A DNA stretch of 44,219 bases from Gammaproteobacteria bacterium (GTDB lineage: Bacteria > Pseudomonadota > Gammaproteobacteria > SZUA-229), in assembly GCA_048550535.1 (NCBI GenBank), contig JBLYYN010000086.1:1-44219 (forward strand). Reading direction: 5' to 3'. The position numbers and the translations under genes are program-made. A model generated the notes under the pieces. It was not told the DNA's origin, did not search any database, and worked only from the letters and a program-made list of their open reading frames with translations. Each line of letters begins with the position of its first letter. The stretch's first letter is position 1. Of the stretch, positions 10,545 to 19,995 are shown piece by piece.

Positions 10545-10666
10545 AATTGCTGACTTAATAATCAAACAAGAGGAGTCCAGGTTCTAACTTCGAACCTGAC
10601 TGAACGTATGATGAAGTCATCCATTCAGTAAACATATTGACTTACAGGTTTAGCAAAAGTTCATCA

Positions 10667-11755
10667 TTATGGTGGAAAAAACATTCCATCATCCCTGACA
10701 CTGTAAACGGCCATTCCCGCTAGTGGGTTCGGCTGTTTGATGCTGTCCATAAGCGAATGTTTCCAGTAATACTGGGGATCGTAACCGATGTTTGACTGGG
10801 CCAGATGGTTGTCCAGTGTGGGATTGGCGAGCAGCTGTAGCAGTGGTTCCGGCCAGCTTGATCCATGGATAATTTGCCCTAAGTACTGCTGTAATCGGCC
10901 CATGGATTTTATGTAGGCCAGAGGCCAGGCAATTGTATTGCTGGATCGGCCCTGTATTTCATTGATGTAGCGATAGACTTCTCGCTGGCTGGGCACCGTG
11001 GGGCCCACAATATTCAGCGAGGTGAAGCACTGTTGTAATGGAGCCAGTGACGCACGGGCAAATGCCTGACCTATATCCCGGCCATCCACCAGGGGTAAAT
11101 AGCCATAGCGTCCACCAATGGCTGGCAGGCGGGGTGAGCCGTTCAGCAGGTATCGTAACAGGCACAGGTTCAGGCGACGGCCACTGTAGCTACCCAGACG
11201 AAGGTTAACCACTGTGAAACGCTCATTGGCACTGGCCTGCAAATACTCTTCCACAGCAATCATACAGTTGAACATTGGAGCATGGCGACGAGGTTTACCT
11301 TTCACCATGGGATGATGACGTTTGGCTATAGGCGCCAGGGCAAGACTGGACAGATTGATGAACCGGCTTACCTGCCATTGTTTGGCATGATTGATCAGAT
11401 CCAGGCTGGGTTCCAGATAAAGCCGCTGGCAGGCGGCTTCATCGTTGGTGAAACTGGTCCAGCCGGCACAGTGACACACTACATCTATACCGGTCAGAAC
11501 TCGGTCCAGGTAATGGGGGTCTCGCAGATCACCCACGCGCACTTCTCCGCTATAGCTGGGAATGAGTCTTTCAGGCTGGCGACAGGCCGCCACAATATCA
11601 AGATCCGTATGCCTGATCAACATCAGGCTTTCCAGTACATGACTGCCAACAAAGCCAGTGGCGCCAGTAATCAGTATTTTAGCGATTACAATTTCCTGTT
11701 TTTGATCGTATCCATGGCGGCATTGCTGCTGACCATGAGTATAATGGGGGTCCAT
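10667..11755 (-). CDS. NAD-dependent epimerase/dehydratase (extended SDR) family protein
   Basis: ILITGATGFVGS Rossmann motif, VGDLRD, VVCHCAG; exact start uncertain. Confidence 0.85.
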   Translation of the reverse strand: MDPHYTHGQQQCRHGYDQKQEIVIAKILITGATGFVGSHVLESLMLIRHTDLDIVAACRQPERLIPSYSGEVRVGDLRDPHYLDRVLTGIDVVCHCAGWTSFTNDEAACQRLYLEPSLDLINHAKQWQVSRFINLSSLALAPIAKRHHPMVKGKPRRHAPMFNCMIAVEEYLQASANERFTVVNLRLGSYSGRRLNLCLLRYLLNGSPRLPAIGGRYGYLPLVDGRDIGQAFARASLAPLQQCFTSLNIVGPTVPSQREVYRYINEIQGRSSNTIAWPLAYIKSMGRLQQYLGQIIHGSSWPEPLLQLLANPTLDNHLAQSNIGYDPQYYWKHSLMDSIKQPNPLAGMAVYSVRDDGMFFPP

Positions 11756-11789
11756 TTTAGCCTGAACAGAATATTAGCGAACTCTAAAA

Positions 11790-11803
11790 TAGATCGATAT
11801 CAA
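11790..11803. promoter_or_regulatory. Putative FNR/ANR box
   Basis: TAGAT-CGAT-ATCAA, 9/10 match to TTGAT-N4-ATCAA; TAAAAT at 11825-11830 gives class II-like spacing towards the gene at 11858. Confidence 0.55.
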
Positions 11804-11857
11804 TATAACTGCCTGATTAATGTATAAAATTGCACACTTTAAATAAAGAAAAATCCT

Positions 11858-12562
11858 TTGGATACTCCACTAACCCTTAGCCAGGCATTTCTCATCGGCC
11901 TGGTCAGTACTTTGCACTGTATCGGCATGTGTGGCGGTATTATGGGTGCCCTGAGCCTCAGCCTGCCAGAGCAGGTTCGGGCCAGAAAATCGCATCTGCT
12001 GATATTTGTCAGCCTGATCAATATGGGACGAATTCTTAGCTATGCTATTGCCGGCATGCTGGCTGGGGCCTTTGGAGTGGAAATATTAAAGGTATTGGGG
12101 CTGGAAAATGGTCATGAGGTTTTGCGTTATGCTGGTGTAATATTCATGGTGGCGATAGGCTTTTATCTAGCTGGCTGGTTCCCACAACTGGTGCTGGTGG
12201 AACACATCGGCAAACCGATCTGGCGCAGGATGGAACCCCTGGCGCGGAAAATGATGCCGATCAATTCCCCTGTACGGGCACTATTGTATGGTATGGCCTG
12301 GGGCTGGTTGCCCTGTGGACTGGTCTATGTGGTCCTGTTGATGACGGTGACCTCTGGATCGGCCCTGCATGGCAGCATGATGATGCTGGCTTTTGGCCTG
12401 GGTACCTTGCCGACGATATTATCCGTGGGTATTATGGCGACCTGGGTGAGGCGATTTGCCAGTTCACAGTTAACCAGACAGATCATAGGTTTAATCATTA
12501 TAATAATGGCCATTGCCAGTTTATTTTTAGCTACGGGTGGTGAGCATCACCATCATCATTAA
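11858..12562 (+). CDS. DsbD_2 / sulfite-exporter TauE/SafE-like membrane protein with His5 tail
   Basis: HCIGMCGGI, GRILSY, GWLPCGLVY, FGLGTLP motifs; TTG start; C-terminal EHHHHH. Confidence 0.88.
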   Translation: MDTPLTLSQAFLIGLVSTLHCIGMCGGIMGALSLSLPEQVRARKSHLLIFVSLINMGRILSYAIAGMLAGAFGVEILKVLGLENGHEVLRYAGVIFMVAIGFYLAGWFPQLVLVEHIGKPIWRRMEPLARKMMPINSPVRALLYGMAWGWLPCGLVYVVLLMTVTSGSALHGSMMMLAFGLGTLPTILSVGIMATWVRRFASSQLTRQIIGLIIIIMAIASLFLATGGEHHHHH

Positions 12563-12573
12563 GGTGTTAAACG

Positions 12574-13527
12574 ATGACTGCATTCAACAATCTCATAGGT
12601 CAATCGGCCGAATTACAGAATGTCATTCGCTCGGCGCAGATCGTTGCGGCCACCGATGTAACCGTGCTGGTGGAAGGCGATACCGGCACCGGCAAAGAAC
12701 TGTTAGCCAGAGCCTTACATGAATCCAGTCACAGAGCGAACCAGGCTTTTATTACTATCAACTGCGCGGCCCTGCCAGAATCTTTAGTCGAGTCGGAACT
12801 GTTTGGTCACAGAAAAGGCGCTTTTACCGGTGCCAGTAGTGATCAGGCCGGATACATACATGAAGCAGAAGGCGGTACCCTGTTCCTGGATGAAATTGCT
12901 GAGTTACCTCTGACGGTTCAGGCCAAGCTGTTGCGCTTCATCGAGAATGGTGAATGCCAGAGCCTGGGTGATGCTCACACACGTCAGGTGAATGTGCGTC
13001 TAATTGCTGCCACTAACAGGAGTCTTCAACAACAGGTGGAGCAGGGCAATTTTCGTGCGGATCTCTATTATCGTCTGAAAATTGTGCCCCTGGTATTACC
13101 CCCACTTCAGCATAGGGGTAAAGATATTGGTCTGTTAATCAACCATTTCCTGAGCTGCCTGGCCCAACAGCATGAACTGCCTATGCCTCAAATAAGCCGC
13201 ACGGCATTGAGTCGACTACAAAATTATTCATGGCCAGGAAATGTACGTGAGTTGCGTAATTTGTGTGAGCGTCTGGTGGTATTGTTACCCGGCAAGCTGA
13301 TCGAAGAAACTAATCTGCCGAGTTTGTCCGAGGCAGACTCAGTGGAAATCACGAGTGATGCTCGAGCCTTCCAGCTGCCCCGGCAGGGACTATGTCTGGA
13401 AAGTCTGGAGACCGATCTGATTCGACAGGCACTGGGTCAAACCGGTGGTAATAAAAGTCATGCTGCGCGCTTGCTGGGTATTAGTCGAGATGCCTTCCTC
13501 TATCGTTTGAAAAAATACTCCATCTGA
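12574..13527 (+). CDS. Sigma54-dependent transcriptional activator (AAA+ and Fis HTH, no N-terminal regulatory domain)
   Basis: Walker A GDTGTGKE, GAFTGA loop, LFLDEI, WPGNVREL, C-terminal GNKSHAARLLGISR. Confidence 0.93.
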   Translation: MTAFNNLIGQSAELQNVIRSAQIVAATDVTVLVEGDTGTGKELLARALHESSHRANQAFITINCAALPESLVESELFGHRKGAFTGASSDQAGYIHEAEGGTLFLDEIAELPLTVQAKLLRFIENGECQSLGDAHTRQVNVRLIAATNRSLQQQVEQGNFRADLYYRLKIVPLVLPPLQHRGKDIGLLINHFLSCLAQQHELPMPQISRTALSRLQNYSWPGNVRELRNLCERLVVLLPGKLIEETNLPSLSEADSVEITSDARAFQLPRQGLCLESLETDLIRQALGQTGGNKSHAARLLGISRDAFLYRLKKYSI

Positions 13528-13637
13528 TTATTGCTCGGTAGAAGCCATCGGGTGCTTGTTTTCTGATTCCGGGTAAGCCTGGGCCTGTCATGATATGCTG
13601 GTCAATATTAACCAAAGTGTCCTTAAACGTCGTTGTT

Positions 13638-14429
13638 ATGAAAAAAATGCTGCAACAGCTCGAAGTTATTATAAAGAATCTGGCTGAACAGGAAATCATG
13701 CCCAGGTATAACCGCGTGGCATTCGAATTAAAAACCGATGGTAGCCTGGTTACTGAAGCTGATACGGCAATGCAGCATGCGGTGGCTGAGGCGCTGAGTA
13801 AACGCTGGCCTGAATATGCCCTGTTAGGTGAGGAGATGAGCGAGCAGGAGCAACAGGCCCTGTTAGATAGTCATGACGCCCAGGGTCTGTGGGTACTTGA
13901 TCCCCTGGATGGCACCAGTAATTTCGCTTCGGCGATACCCATATTTTCTGTGTCACTGGCCTTGCTTCAGCAAGACGAAGTGAAGCTAGGGCTGATCTAT
14001 GACCCCGTACGTCAAGAATGCTTTTCCGCCATTAAGGGACAGGGTGCCTGGTTGAATGGTCGCAAACTAAAACTTCAGGTTGATAAGTCGTCTCTCAATC
14101 AATGTATTGCCCAGGTTGATTTCAAACGATTGCCAAAGGCCATGGCCATTCATATAGCCGAAAAACATCCTTATGCCTCACAACGGAATTTTGGTTCCGG
14201 TGCCCTTGACTGGTGCTGGTTGGCGACGGCCAGGAGCCAGTTGTATATTCACGGTGGACAAAAACTGTGGGACTACCTGGCCGGTCAGTTAATCTTGAGT
14301 GAAGCCGGTGGCCTGGCCGAAACATTTGAGGGTGAGAACATATTTAAAAAACAGTTAATAAAACGTTCGGTGGTGGCCAGTGTAAACCGGGATTTGTTGA
14401 ATAAGTGGAAAGCAGCCATTAAAGTCTGA
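13638..14429 (+). CDS. Inositol monophosphatase family protein (SuhB-like)
   Basis: VTEAD, LGEE, WVLDPLDGTSNF, WDYLAG motifs; start chosen at MKKML. Confidence 0.9.
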   Translation: MKKMLQQLEVIIKNLAEQEIMPRYNRVAFELKTDGSLVTEADTAMQHAVAEALSKRWPEYALLGEEMSEQEQQALLDSHDAQGLWVLDPLDGTSNFASAIPIFSVSLALLQQDEVKLGLIYDPVRQECFSAIKGQGAWLNGRKLKLQVDKSSLNQCIAQVDFKRLPKAMAIHIAEKHPYASQRNFGSGALDWCWLATARSQLYIHGGQKLWDYLAGQLILSEAGGLAETFEGENIFKKQLIKRSVVASVNRDLLNKWKAAIKV

Positions 14430-14506
14430 TAAAACGTTAAGCCAATCACTTTTTTTGAAAAATATTTGCTAGACTCCATTCGAATCATTTTAAAACAGAT
14501 GACACA

Positions 14507-15169
14507 ATGAATCCGTATGTAATTGATCGTAGCAAGCTTAATTTTTATATCTTTTTAGCTGTAATACTGATAATTACCAGTTTCTTTTCGGGATATTATT
14601 TGGCCCAGTATCGTGCGGGAACGGTGCTTTTTGGTATAGAGCCAGAATCAGTGATTAAACCTGAGCTGGAACAGCAGCATCAGATAGATACAGATGAACC
14701 TGGGACTTCGTCAAGAGACCCAGGCTCGGAATCAGAGTTAATAAACAAGGATACGCCGGAAATTAAAGCACAACAGGGTAATGTTTCCAGTACAGCACCC
14801 GCAAAATTAGTGACTAATAGCACTCGCTCAAAACCTCAGTCGATCAGCAAGAAAAAACCCATTACACAGAACATGGCAGAAGCGACTGAGCCGGATACTG
14901 GCTTAGCTGCGCCTTCCGTTACTTCCAGCAAACTTAAGTACTCGGTTCAGGCCGGGCTGTTTGGTAATCAGGGGAATGCAAACAGATTCCTCTATCAACT
15001 GCAAACAGCAGGTTTTGATGGCTATATGGACGAGCATCTTGGGGATGATGGAGTGATCCGTTACAATGTTCGTTTCGGGCGTTTTGCCAGCCGTGTTGAA
15101 GCCGAGCAGCGACTCGATATTTATCGACAGGGATTCAACACTCCGGCTTATGTTATTATCAATCCGTGA
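14507..15169 (+). CDS. SPOR-domain membrane-anchored protein
   Basis: N-terminal TM, low-complexity linker, YSVQAGLF...YNVRFGRFASRVEAE. Confidence 0.85.
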   Translation: MNPYVIDRSKLNFYIFLAVILIITSFFSGYYLAQYRAGTVLFGIEPESVIKPELEQQHQIDTDEPGTSSRDPGSESELINKDTPEIKAQQGNVSSTAPAKLVTNSTRSKPQSISKKKPITQNMAEATEPDTGLAAPSVTSSKLKYSVQAGLFGNQGNANRFLYQLQTAGFDGYMDEHLGDDGVIRYNVRFGRFASRVEAEQRLDIYRQGFNTPAYVIINP

Positions 15170-15861
15170 AACTCAATGGCATAAAACTTCTGACCATCGA
15201 CCTGGATGATACCCTCTGGCCCTGTTTGCCCACCATACAGCATGCCGAACAAACCAGTTATCACTGGTTGCAGAAACACAAACCGAACATTACCCATTGT
15301 TATACCCCTCAGGACTTGCTGGAAAAACGCAGAAGCTTGATGAATGAAACACCTCATCTGCAACATGATTTATCTGAAGCCCGTCGAGCCCACTTTCGTC
15401 AGCTGGCGGACGAGTGCGGTTATGATCATGGCTGGGTAGATGAGGGTTTCAGGGTATTTCATTCTGCCCGGCAGAAAGTGAAGTTGTATGAGGATGTGTT
15501 ACCTTCATTGAGCCAGTTGCGTGAGCGTTTTAAGCTGGTCGCTCTAACTAATGGCAATGCAGAGATTTCTCGAGTGGGCCTGGCTGAGTATTTCGATTTA
15601 CAAATTTCCGCTGCGGATGTGACACAGGGCAAGCCCCATCCAGCCATGTTCATTGAGGCCATGGCGCGAGTGCGAGTGACGCCGGAACAAACCGTGCATA
15701 TCGGTGACCATGCCATTCACGATGTTTACGGTGCTCACAATGCCGGGATTCGTTCAATCTGGGTGAACCGGGTTAATCAACGCTGGCAGGAAGCAGAATT
15801 TCAGGCGGATTTCGAAGTTACTGATCTGCAACAGGTCGTGGTTTTGCTGGATGAGACATAA
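15166..15861 (+). CDS. HAD-superfamily hydrolase (YigB/YjjG-like)
   Basis: DLDDTLW motif I, LTNGN, KPHP, HIGD...D; 4-nt GTGA overlap with the SPOR gene. Confidence 0.9.
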   Translation: MKLNGIKLLTIDLDDTLWPCLPTIQHAEQTSYHWLQKHKPNITHCYTPQDLLEKRRSLMNETPHLQHDLSEARRAHFRQLADECGYDHGWVDEGFRVFHSARQKVKLYEDVLPSLSQLRERFKLVALTNGNAEISRVGLAEYFDLQISAADVTQGKPHPAMFIEAMARVRVTPEQTVHIGDHAIHDVYGAHNAGIRSIWVNRVNQRWQEAEFQADFEVTDLQQVVVLLDET

Positions 15862-15941
15862 ACCGTGGTTGGATTGGCTGTTTACCCCCAATTTCCTATA
15901 TAATTCCTCACACACCATCAACATAGCAAGATTGAAATTCC

Positions 15942-17000
15942 ATGAAGTATAAAACTGACGATTTACGTATTTCAGGCTTACAGGAAGTATTGCCTCCTGA
16001 GGAACTGCACCGAGAGTACCCGATTAGCGAGCAGGCATCGGATACGGTTTATCATACCCGTCAGGCCATTCATGAGATTCTGACCGATGAAGATGATCGC
16101 CTGCTGGTAGTGGTGGGGCCCTGTTCTATTCACGATCCTAAAGCGGCCCGTGAATATGCTCAGCACCTGCAGCAGATGATCGATGAGTTAGGTGATGACC
16201 TGTGCATCGTGATGCGAGTGTATTTCGAGAAACCTCGCACCACGGTTGGCTGGAAAGGCCTGATCAATGACCCCCATCTGGACGACAGTTTTAATATTAA
16301 TCACGGTCTAAGGGTTGCTCGTAGCCTGTTGCTCGATATCGCTGAGATGGGTGTGCCTTCAGGTACAGAATATCTGGATTTAATCAGCCCTCAATATATC
16401 GCCGATCTGGTCAGCTGGGGCGCTATTGGCGCACGCACAACAGAAAGTCAGGGGCATAGAGAGCTGGCTTCAGGCTTATCCTGTCCGGTAGGTTTTAAGA
16501 ATGGAACTGATGGTGGTTTAGGCATTGCCATCGATGCCATACAGGCCGCTTCGCATCCTCATGTCTTCATGTCACTCACCAAACAGGGGCACTCGGCTAT
16601 TTTTTCCACCACCGGTAATGACGACTGCCATATTATTCTACGTGGCGGTAAGCAACCGAACTATGATGCCGCCAGTGTGAATAATGCTGCAAATAAATTG
16701 GCTCAGAAAGCTATGCCACAGAAGTTGATGGTTGACTGTTCCCATGCCAATAGTGGCAAAGATCATACCCGGCAGCCGGTTGTATGTCGTGACGTCGCTG
16801 CTCAGATCAGCCAGGGCGATAAACGCATTTTTGGTGTTATGCTGGAAAGTCATCTGATTGCAGGACGTCAGAATATTGGTGACATAGATGACATGATTTA
16901 TGGCCAGAGCATTACCGATGCCTGTATGGGCTGGGATGAAACCAATGTATTATTACAGGAACTGGCAGAAGCGGTACGTCAGCGTCGAAGCCATTCCTGA
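15942..17000 (+). CDS. aroG: 3-deoxy-7-phosphoheptulonate (DAHP) synthase, class I
   Basis: VVVGPCSIHD, RVYFEKPRTTVGWKGLIND, GARTTESQ, DCSHANS, YGQSITDAC; isoenzyme identity (aroG/F/H) not certain. Confidence 0.93.
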   Translation: MKYKTDDLRISGLQEVLPPEELHREYPISEQASDTVYHTRQAIHEILTDEDDRLLVVVGPCSIHDPKAAREYAQHLQQMIDELGDDLCIVMRVYFEKPRTTVGWKGLINDPHLDDSFNINHGLRVARSLLLDIAEMGVPSGTEYLDLISPQYIADLVSWGAIGARTTESQGHRELASGLSCPVGFKNGTDGGLGIAIDAIQAASHPHVFMSLTKQGHSAIFSTTGNDDCHIILRGGKQPNYDAASVNNAANKLAQKAMPQKLMVDCSHANSGKDHTRQPVVCRDVAAQISQGDKRIFGVMLESHLIAGRQNIGDIDDMIYGQSITDACMGWDETNVLLQELAEAVRQRRSHS

Positions 17001-17011
17001 TCAGAGCTATT

Positions 17012-17031
17012 CGGGGTGGCAAGCCACCCCG
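17012..17031. terminator. Hairpin between convergent aroG and EF-hand genes
   Basis: cggggtggc-aa-gccaccccg perfect inverted repeat. Confidence 0.7.
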
Positions 17032-17047
17032 TAGTTACCTTATTCGT

Positions 17048-17644
17048 TCAGGGTTGTCGCATCTGGCGATGTTGCAGTTGATGGGCTTTGAACTCGTCCG
17101 TGGTTACTTCACCATCGCCATTAGTATCAACGTCTTCAAATGCAGGCGCGCTGGCGGCATTTCTCATGGGAAAGCCCTCATCGGCACGCATATACATGCG
17201 TTTGGCTCGGGCTTCATAGAATTCTTCCTTATGCAGTATGCCGTCATTGTTCAGGTCAAAGTCTGAGAACTCAGGCATATTACGGCCACCTCCCATACCC
17301 ATACCCTGACCGATGGCTCGTCCAGTGCCCGAATTTTGCTGGCGCATCCTGATCCGACCGTCGTTGAGTTCCTGGGCTGTGATCCTGCTATCACCATTGA
17401 CATCAAAAAACAGGAAACCCGGTTGATTCATGGTGTGTCTTAAGCCGGCTTTTTCCTGCATTTTTTTTCGTTCATTGTAGGCCGATATAAATTCGTCCGG
17501 ACTGATAGCGTTATCGCGATTTTTATCCATGGCCTCGAAAGGCATGGGCCCGGTCAAGGGAATGTCAGCAGCCTGTACTATCCAGGGGCTGAGTAGACTG
17601 ATCAGAGCCAGTGACAGCTGATGTTTGCGCTTAAATAGGTTCAT
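17048..17644 (-). CDS. Secreted EF-hand domain protein
   Basis: Signal peptide (VQA-AD); four EF loops: DKNRDNAISPDE, DVNGDSRITAQE, DLNNDGILHKEE, DTNGDGEVTTDE; Gly/Met-rich linker. Confidence 0.85.
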   Translation of the reverse strand: MNLFKRKHQLSLALISLLSPWIVQAADIPLTGPMPFEAMDKNRDNAISPDEFISAYNERKKMQEKAGLRHTMNQPGFLFFDVNGDSRITAQELNDGRIRMRQQNSGTGRAIGQGMGMGGGRNMPEFSDFDLNNDGILHKEEFYEARAKRMYMRADEGFPMRNAASAPAFEDVDTNGDGEVTTDEFKAHQLQHRQMRQP

Positions 17645-17761
17645 ATTGATCTCCCCGGTACTTCGTTGTTTCTATATTGTTATTTAATCAGAGAATCTTA
17701 AGTATGGGCCAGTAATCGAAAAAGGAAAGTGAATATGTGCTGTATTGAGCGATTATTCATA

Positions 17762-17919
17762 CCAGGAACTTCTGATTAAGTCTGGTTGTAGCAGGCTGCG
17801 ATGAGTGTTTAGATTGTTCACCAGGTGAGGCGGTAGTTATTCTTTTGCAACGAAATCGGGGGAAATCTGGACGTTTTTAGCCAGCATAAAGCAATCACGA
17901 ATGATCAGAGGTTCCCTGG
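17762..17919 (+). mobile_element. ~160 bp MITE, copy 1
   Basis: Terminal inverted repeats ccaggaacttctgat / atcagaggttccctgg; aligns along its full length with the reverse complement of 25610-25773. Confidence 0.8.
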
Positions 17920-17954
17920 CTGTGGGGAGGCCATGGGTATGTTAAATGGCAAAT

Positions 17955-17983
17955 AAAAAAGCCGGTGACAGGCACCGGCTTTT
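17955..17983 (-). terminator. Rho-independent terminator of the tusE/dsrC-like gene (bidirectional form)
   Basis: aaaaaa-gccggtg-acagg-caccggc-tttt. Confidence 0.85.
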
Positions 17984-18000
17984 GACAAACAGTCAGGTTG

Positions 18001-18294
18001 TTATACACAACCTGTGGGTTTGGGTAAACCACCGTATTTGGTGATGGGCTTCATGGGTCCGGTCATCCAGAGCTGGAAAACCTCTTTTTTGTCCTGACCA
18101 ATATGCTTGGCAAATTTACGAATGGGTGGCACGATGTTGAACTGGTCGTAGTAATCACGGGCGGCTTTAATCTGAAACCATTTTTCATCGCTGAGCTCGA
18201 TACCATCGGCATCAGCCATGGCCTGTCCTATATCAGGGCTCCAGGCATTCATATCGGTTAGATAGCCGTCACCGTCGCGTTGTGGTAAATCCAT
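18001..18294 (-). CDS. TusE/DsrC family sulfur-relay protein (single C-terminal Cys)
   Basis: DGDGYL..W, A..DGIELSDEKW, RDYY, GLPKPTGCV; ATG at 18294 with GAGG RBS. Confidence 0.88.
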   Translation of the reverse strand: MDLPQRDGDGYLTDMNAWSPDIGQAMADADGIELSDEKWFQIKAARDYYDQFNIVPPIRKFAKHIGQDKKEVFQLWMTGPMKPITKYGGLPKPTGCV

Positions 18295-18503
18295 AGTTTG
18301 TGCCTCTTTCAAATCTTAATTCAGGGGAAGTTTAAATAATACCTGAGTAAAATAGTAAGGTATTAAGGGGGTAGAGATCAAGTGTCTGCTGGAAAAAAAT
18401 GGAATATTATTCGTAGGGTTTAGGTAAGTCTATGAATTATCAGTATAAAAGACATATGTGAATGGGTCTCATCCAGATATTAGCACGTAGTGATCAGGTG
18501 CTA

Positions 18504-19154
18504 TCAGGGGAAGAATACAGGCTCTTTATCCATTTCCCACACTTCATATTTTTTCATGGTAGTGTGAAACAGCTGAGAGTCGAGGAAGTTATTCAGCCAT
18601 TTTCGGAGTTTAGGGTAGGCCGCCTGATCAAACCAGGCTTTATCGACATAGGCAAACTGTCGGATAAAGGGATAGATGGCATAGTCGGCCAATGTTGCAT
18701 GATTAGCGGTTAGATATGACTGGCCGTTGAGTTGTTGCTCCAGTTTGAGAATAAATTGCTCACCCTGGTTTCGATAATGTTCGGCAGCATAGTCTAGAAA
18801 TCGATCAGAGTATTTGTAATGATCGAGATGGATCTTAAACTCGAAATCATTTTCATGGATCAGGTTTTGAGTCATTGCCTGTTGTTCTTTGGATTCTGCT
18901 AACCAGTGCTCTGGGTCATTCTGCTTTAATGCCCAGAGCATAATATCCAGACTTTCATCGATGATGCGGCCATCATCCAGTACCAGCACAGGCACTGTGG
19001 CCTTGGCGGATACTTCCAGCAAGGCTTGAGGTTTGTTGGCGAGTCGTACTTCTCTGAGTTCAACATCAATTCCGGCATAAACCAGTGCCAGTCGGGCTCG
19101 CATGGCATAGGGGCAGCGTCGAAAAGAGTAGAGAACAGAGTGATTGTGATGCAT
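18504..19154 (-). CDS. Glutathione S-transferase family protein
   Basis: LYSFRRCPYAMRARLAL, TVPVL, ESLDIM, LADYAIYPFIRQF; start chosen at MHHNH. Confidence 0.9.
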   Translation of the reverse strand: MHHNHSVLYSFRRCPYAMRARLALVYAGIDVELREVRLANKPQALLEVSAKATVPVLVLDDGRIIDESLDIMLWALKQNDPEHWLAESKEQQAMTQNLIHENDFEFKIHLDHYKYSDRFLDYAAEHYRNQGEQFILKLEQQLNGQSYLTANHATLADYAIYPFIRQFAYVDKAWFDQAAYPKLRKWLNNFLDSQLFHTTMKKYEVWEMDKEPVFFP

Positions 19155-19278
19155 AAACAGTTTTAATTTTGTATCGATTATAGGAACCTGGGCTGAAGGG
19201 CATTTCATTTACATAAGTAAGAGCCATTTGAACCTGTCATGAATTGAGCAGTCTACCACTGAGTTTTAGGATAAGGTC

Positions 19279-19986
19279 ATGATAAAAATAATTATTGTCT
19301 GTTTAGTATGCAGCTTAACATACCCTGTGTATGCCCAGCGTTTCGAATCGGCCAGTCAACAGACGGTGATCGAACTGTTCACTTCCGAGGGTTGCAGCAG
19401 TTGTCCACCGGCCGAGCACTGGCTGGCCTCTTTTGTATCCCATCCCCAGTTATTTAAAACGCTGTTCCCCATGGCCTTTCATGTGGATTACTGGAACCAG
19501 CTGGGCTGGCATGATCGTTTTTCTTCCAATGAGTACAGTCAAAGGGAGCGGGTGTATAAACAGCAGGGGGCGATGCGTCAGGTGTATACCCCCGGCGTAC
19601 TGGTGAATGGTAAGGAATGGCGCGGCTGGTATCGCAAACAAACATTGCCGGTTGATGACATGAGTAAGGCTGGTTTAACGGTGGATATCAATAAGCATCA
19701 ACTACAGGCCAGGGTGACTGGCCTACAGCCACAGAAACTGATTTTAAATGTAGCTTATCTGGGTATGGGGCTGAGCAGCAAGGTTAGTTCGGGAGAAAAT
19801 TCAGGCAAGTATTTGAGTCATGAATTTGTGGTGCTGGACTACAAAAATCAGCTGGGTCGTGATGAATGGACCATGACGCTGCCCGAGATACCGGATTTCG
19901 GTCAGAAACAGACGGCTGTGGTGGTCTGGTTATCGAATTTAAATCAATTAAAACCTATGTATATTGCAGGGGGGCTGCTGGAATAA
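19279..19986 (+). CDS. DUF1223 thioredoxin-like secreted protein
   Basis: Signal peptide; IELFTSEGCSSCPPA, FHVDYWNQLGWHDRFS, VYTP, GENSG. Confidence 0.9.
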   Translation: MIKIIIVCLVCSLTYPVYAQRFESASQQTVIELFTSEGCSSCPPAEHWLASFVSHPQLFKTLFPMAFHVDYWNQLGWHDRFSSNEYSQRERVYKQQGAMRQVYTPGVLVNGKEWRGWYRKQTLPVDDMSKAGLTVDINKHQLQARVTGLQPQKLILNVAYLGMGLSSKVSSGENSGKYLSHEFVVLDYKNQLGRDEWTMTLPEIPDFGQKQTAVVVWLSNLNQLKPMYIAGGLLE

Positions 19987-19995
19987 GCTTGACGG

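Noticed and set aside
11282-11827. 181-aa plus-strand ORF and the many similar antisense or overlapping ORFs inside pepN, ispG, apeB, alaA and aceEF-lpdA
   Set aside because: Shadow frames of well-supported genes with no motifs of their own.
17685-17702. ttaatcagagaatcttaa as another MITE end
   Set aside because: Only the taatcagag core matches and no partner end was found.
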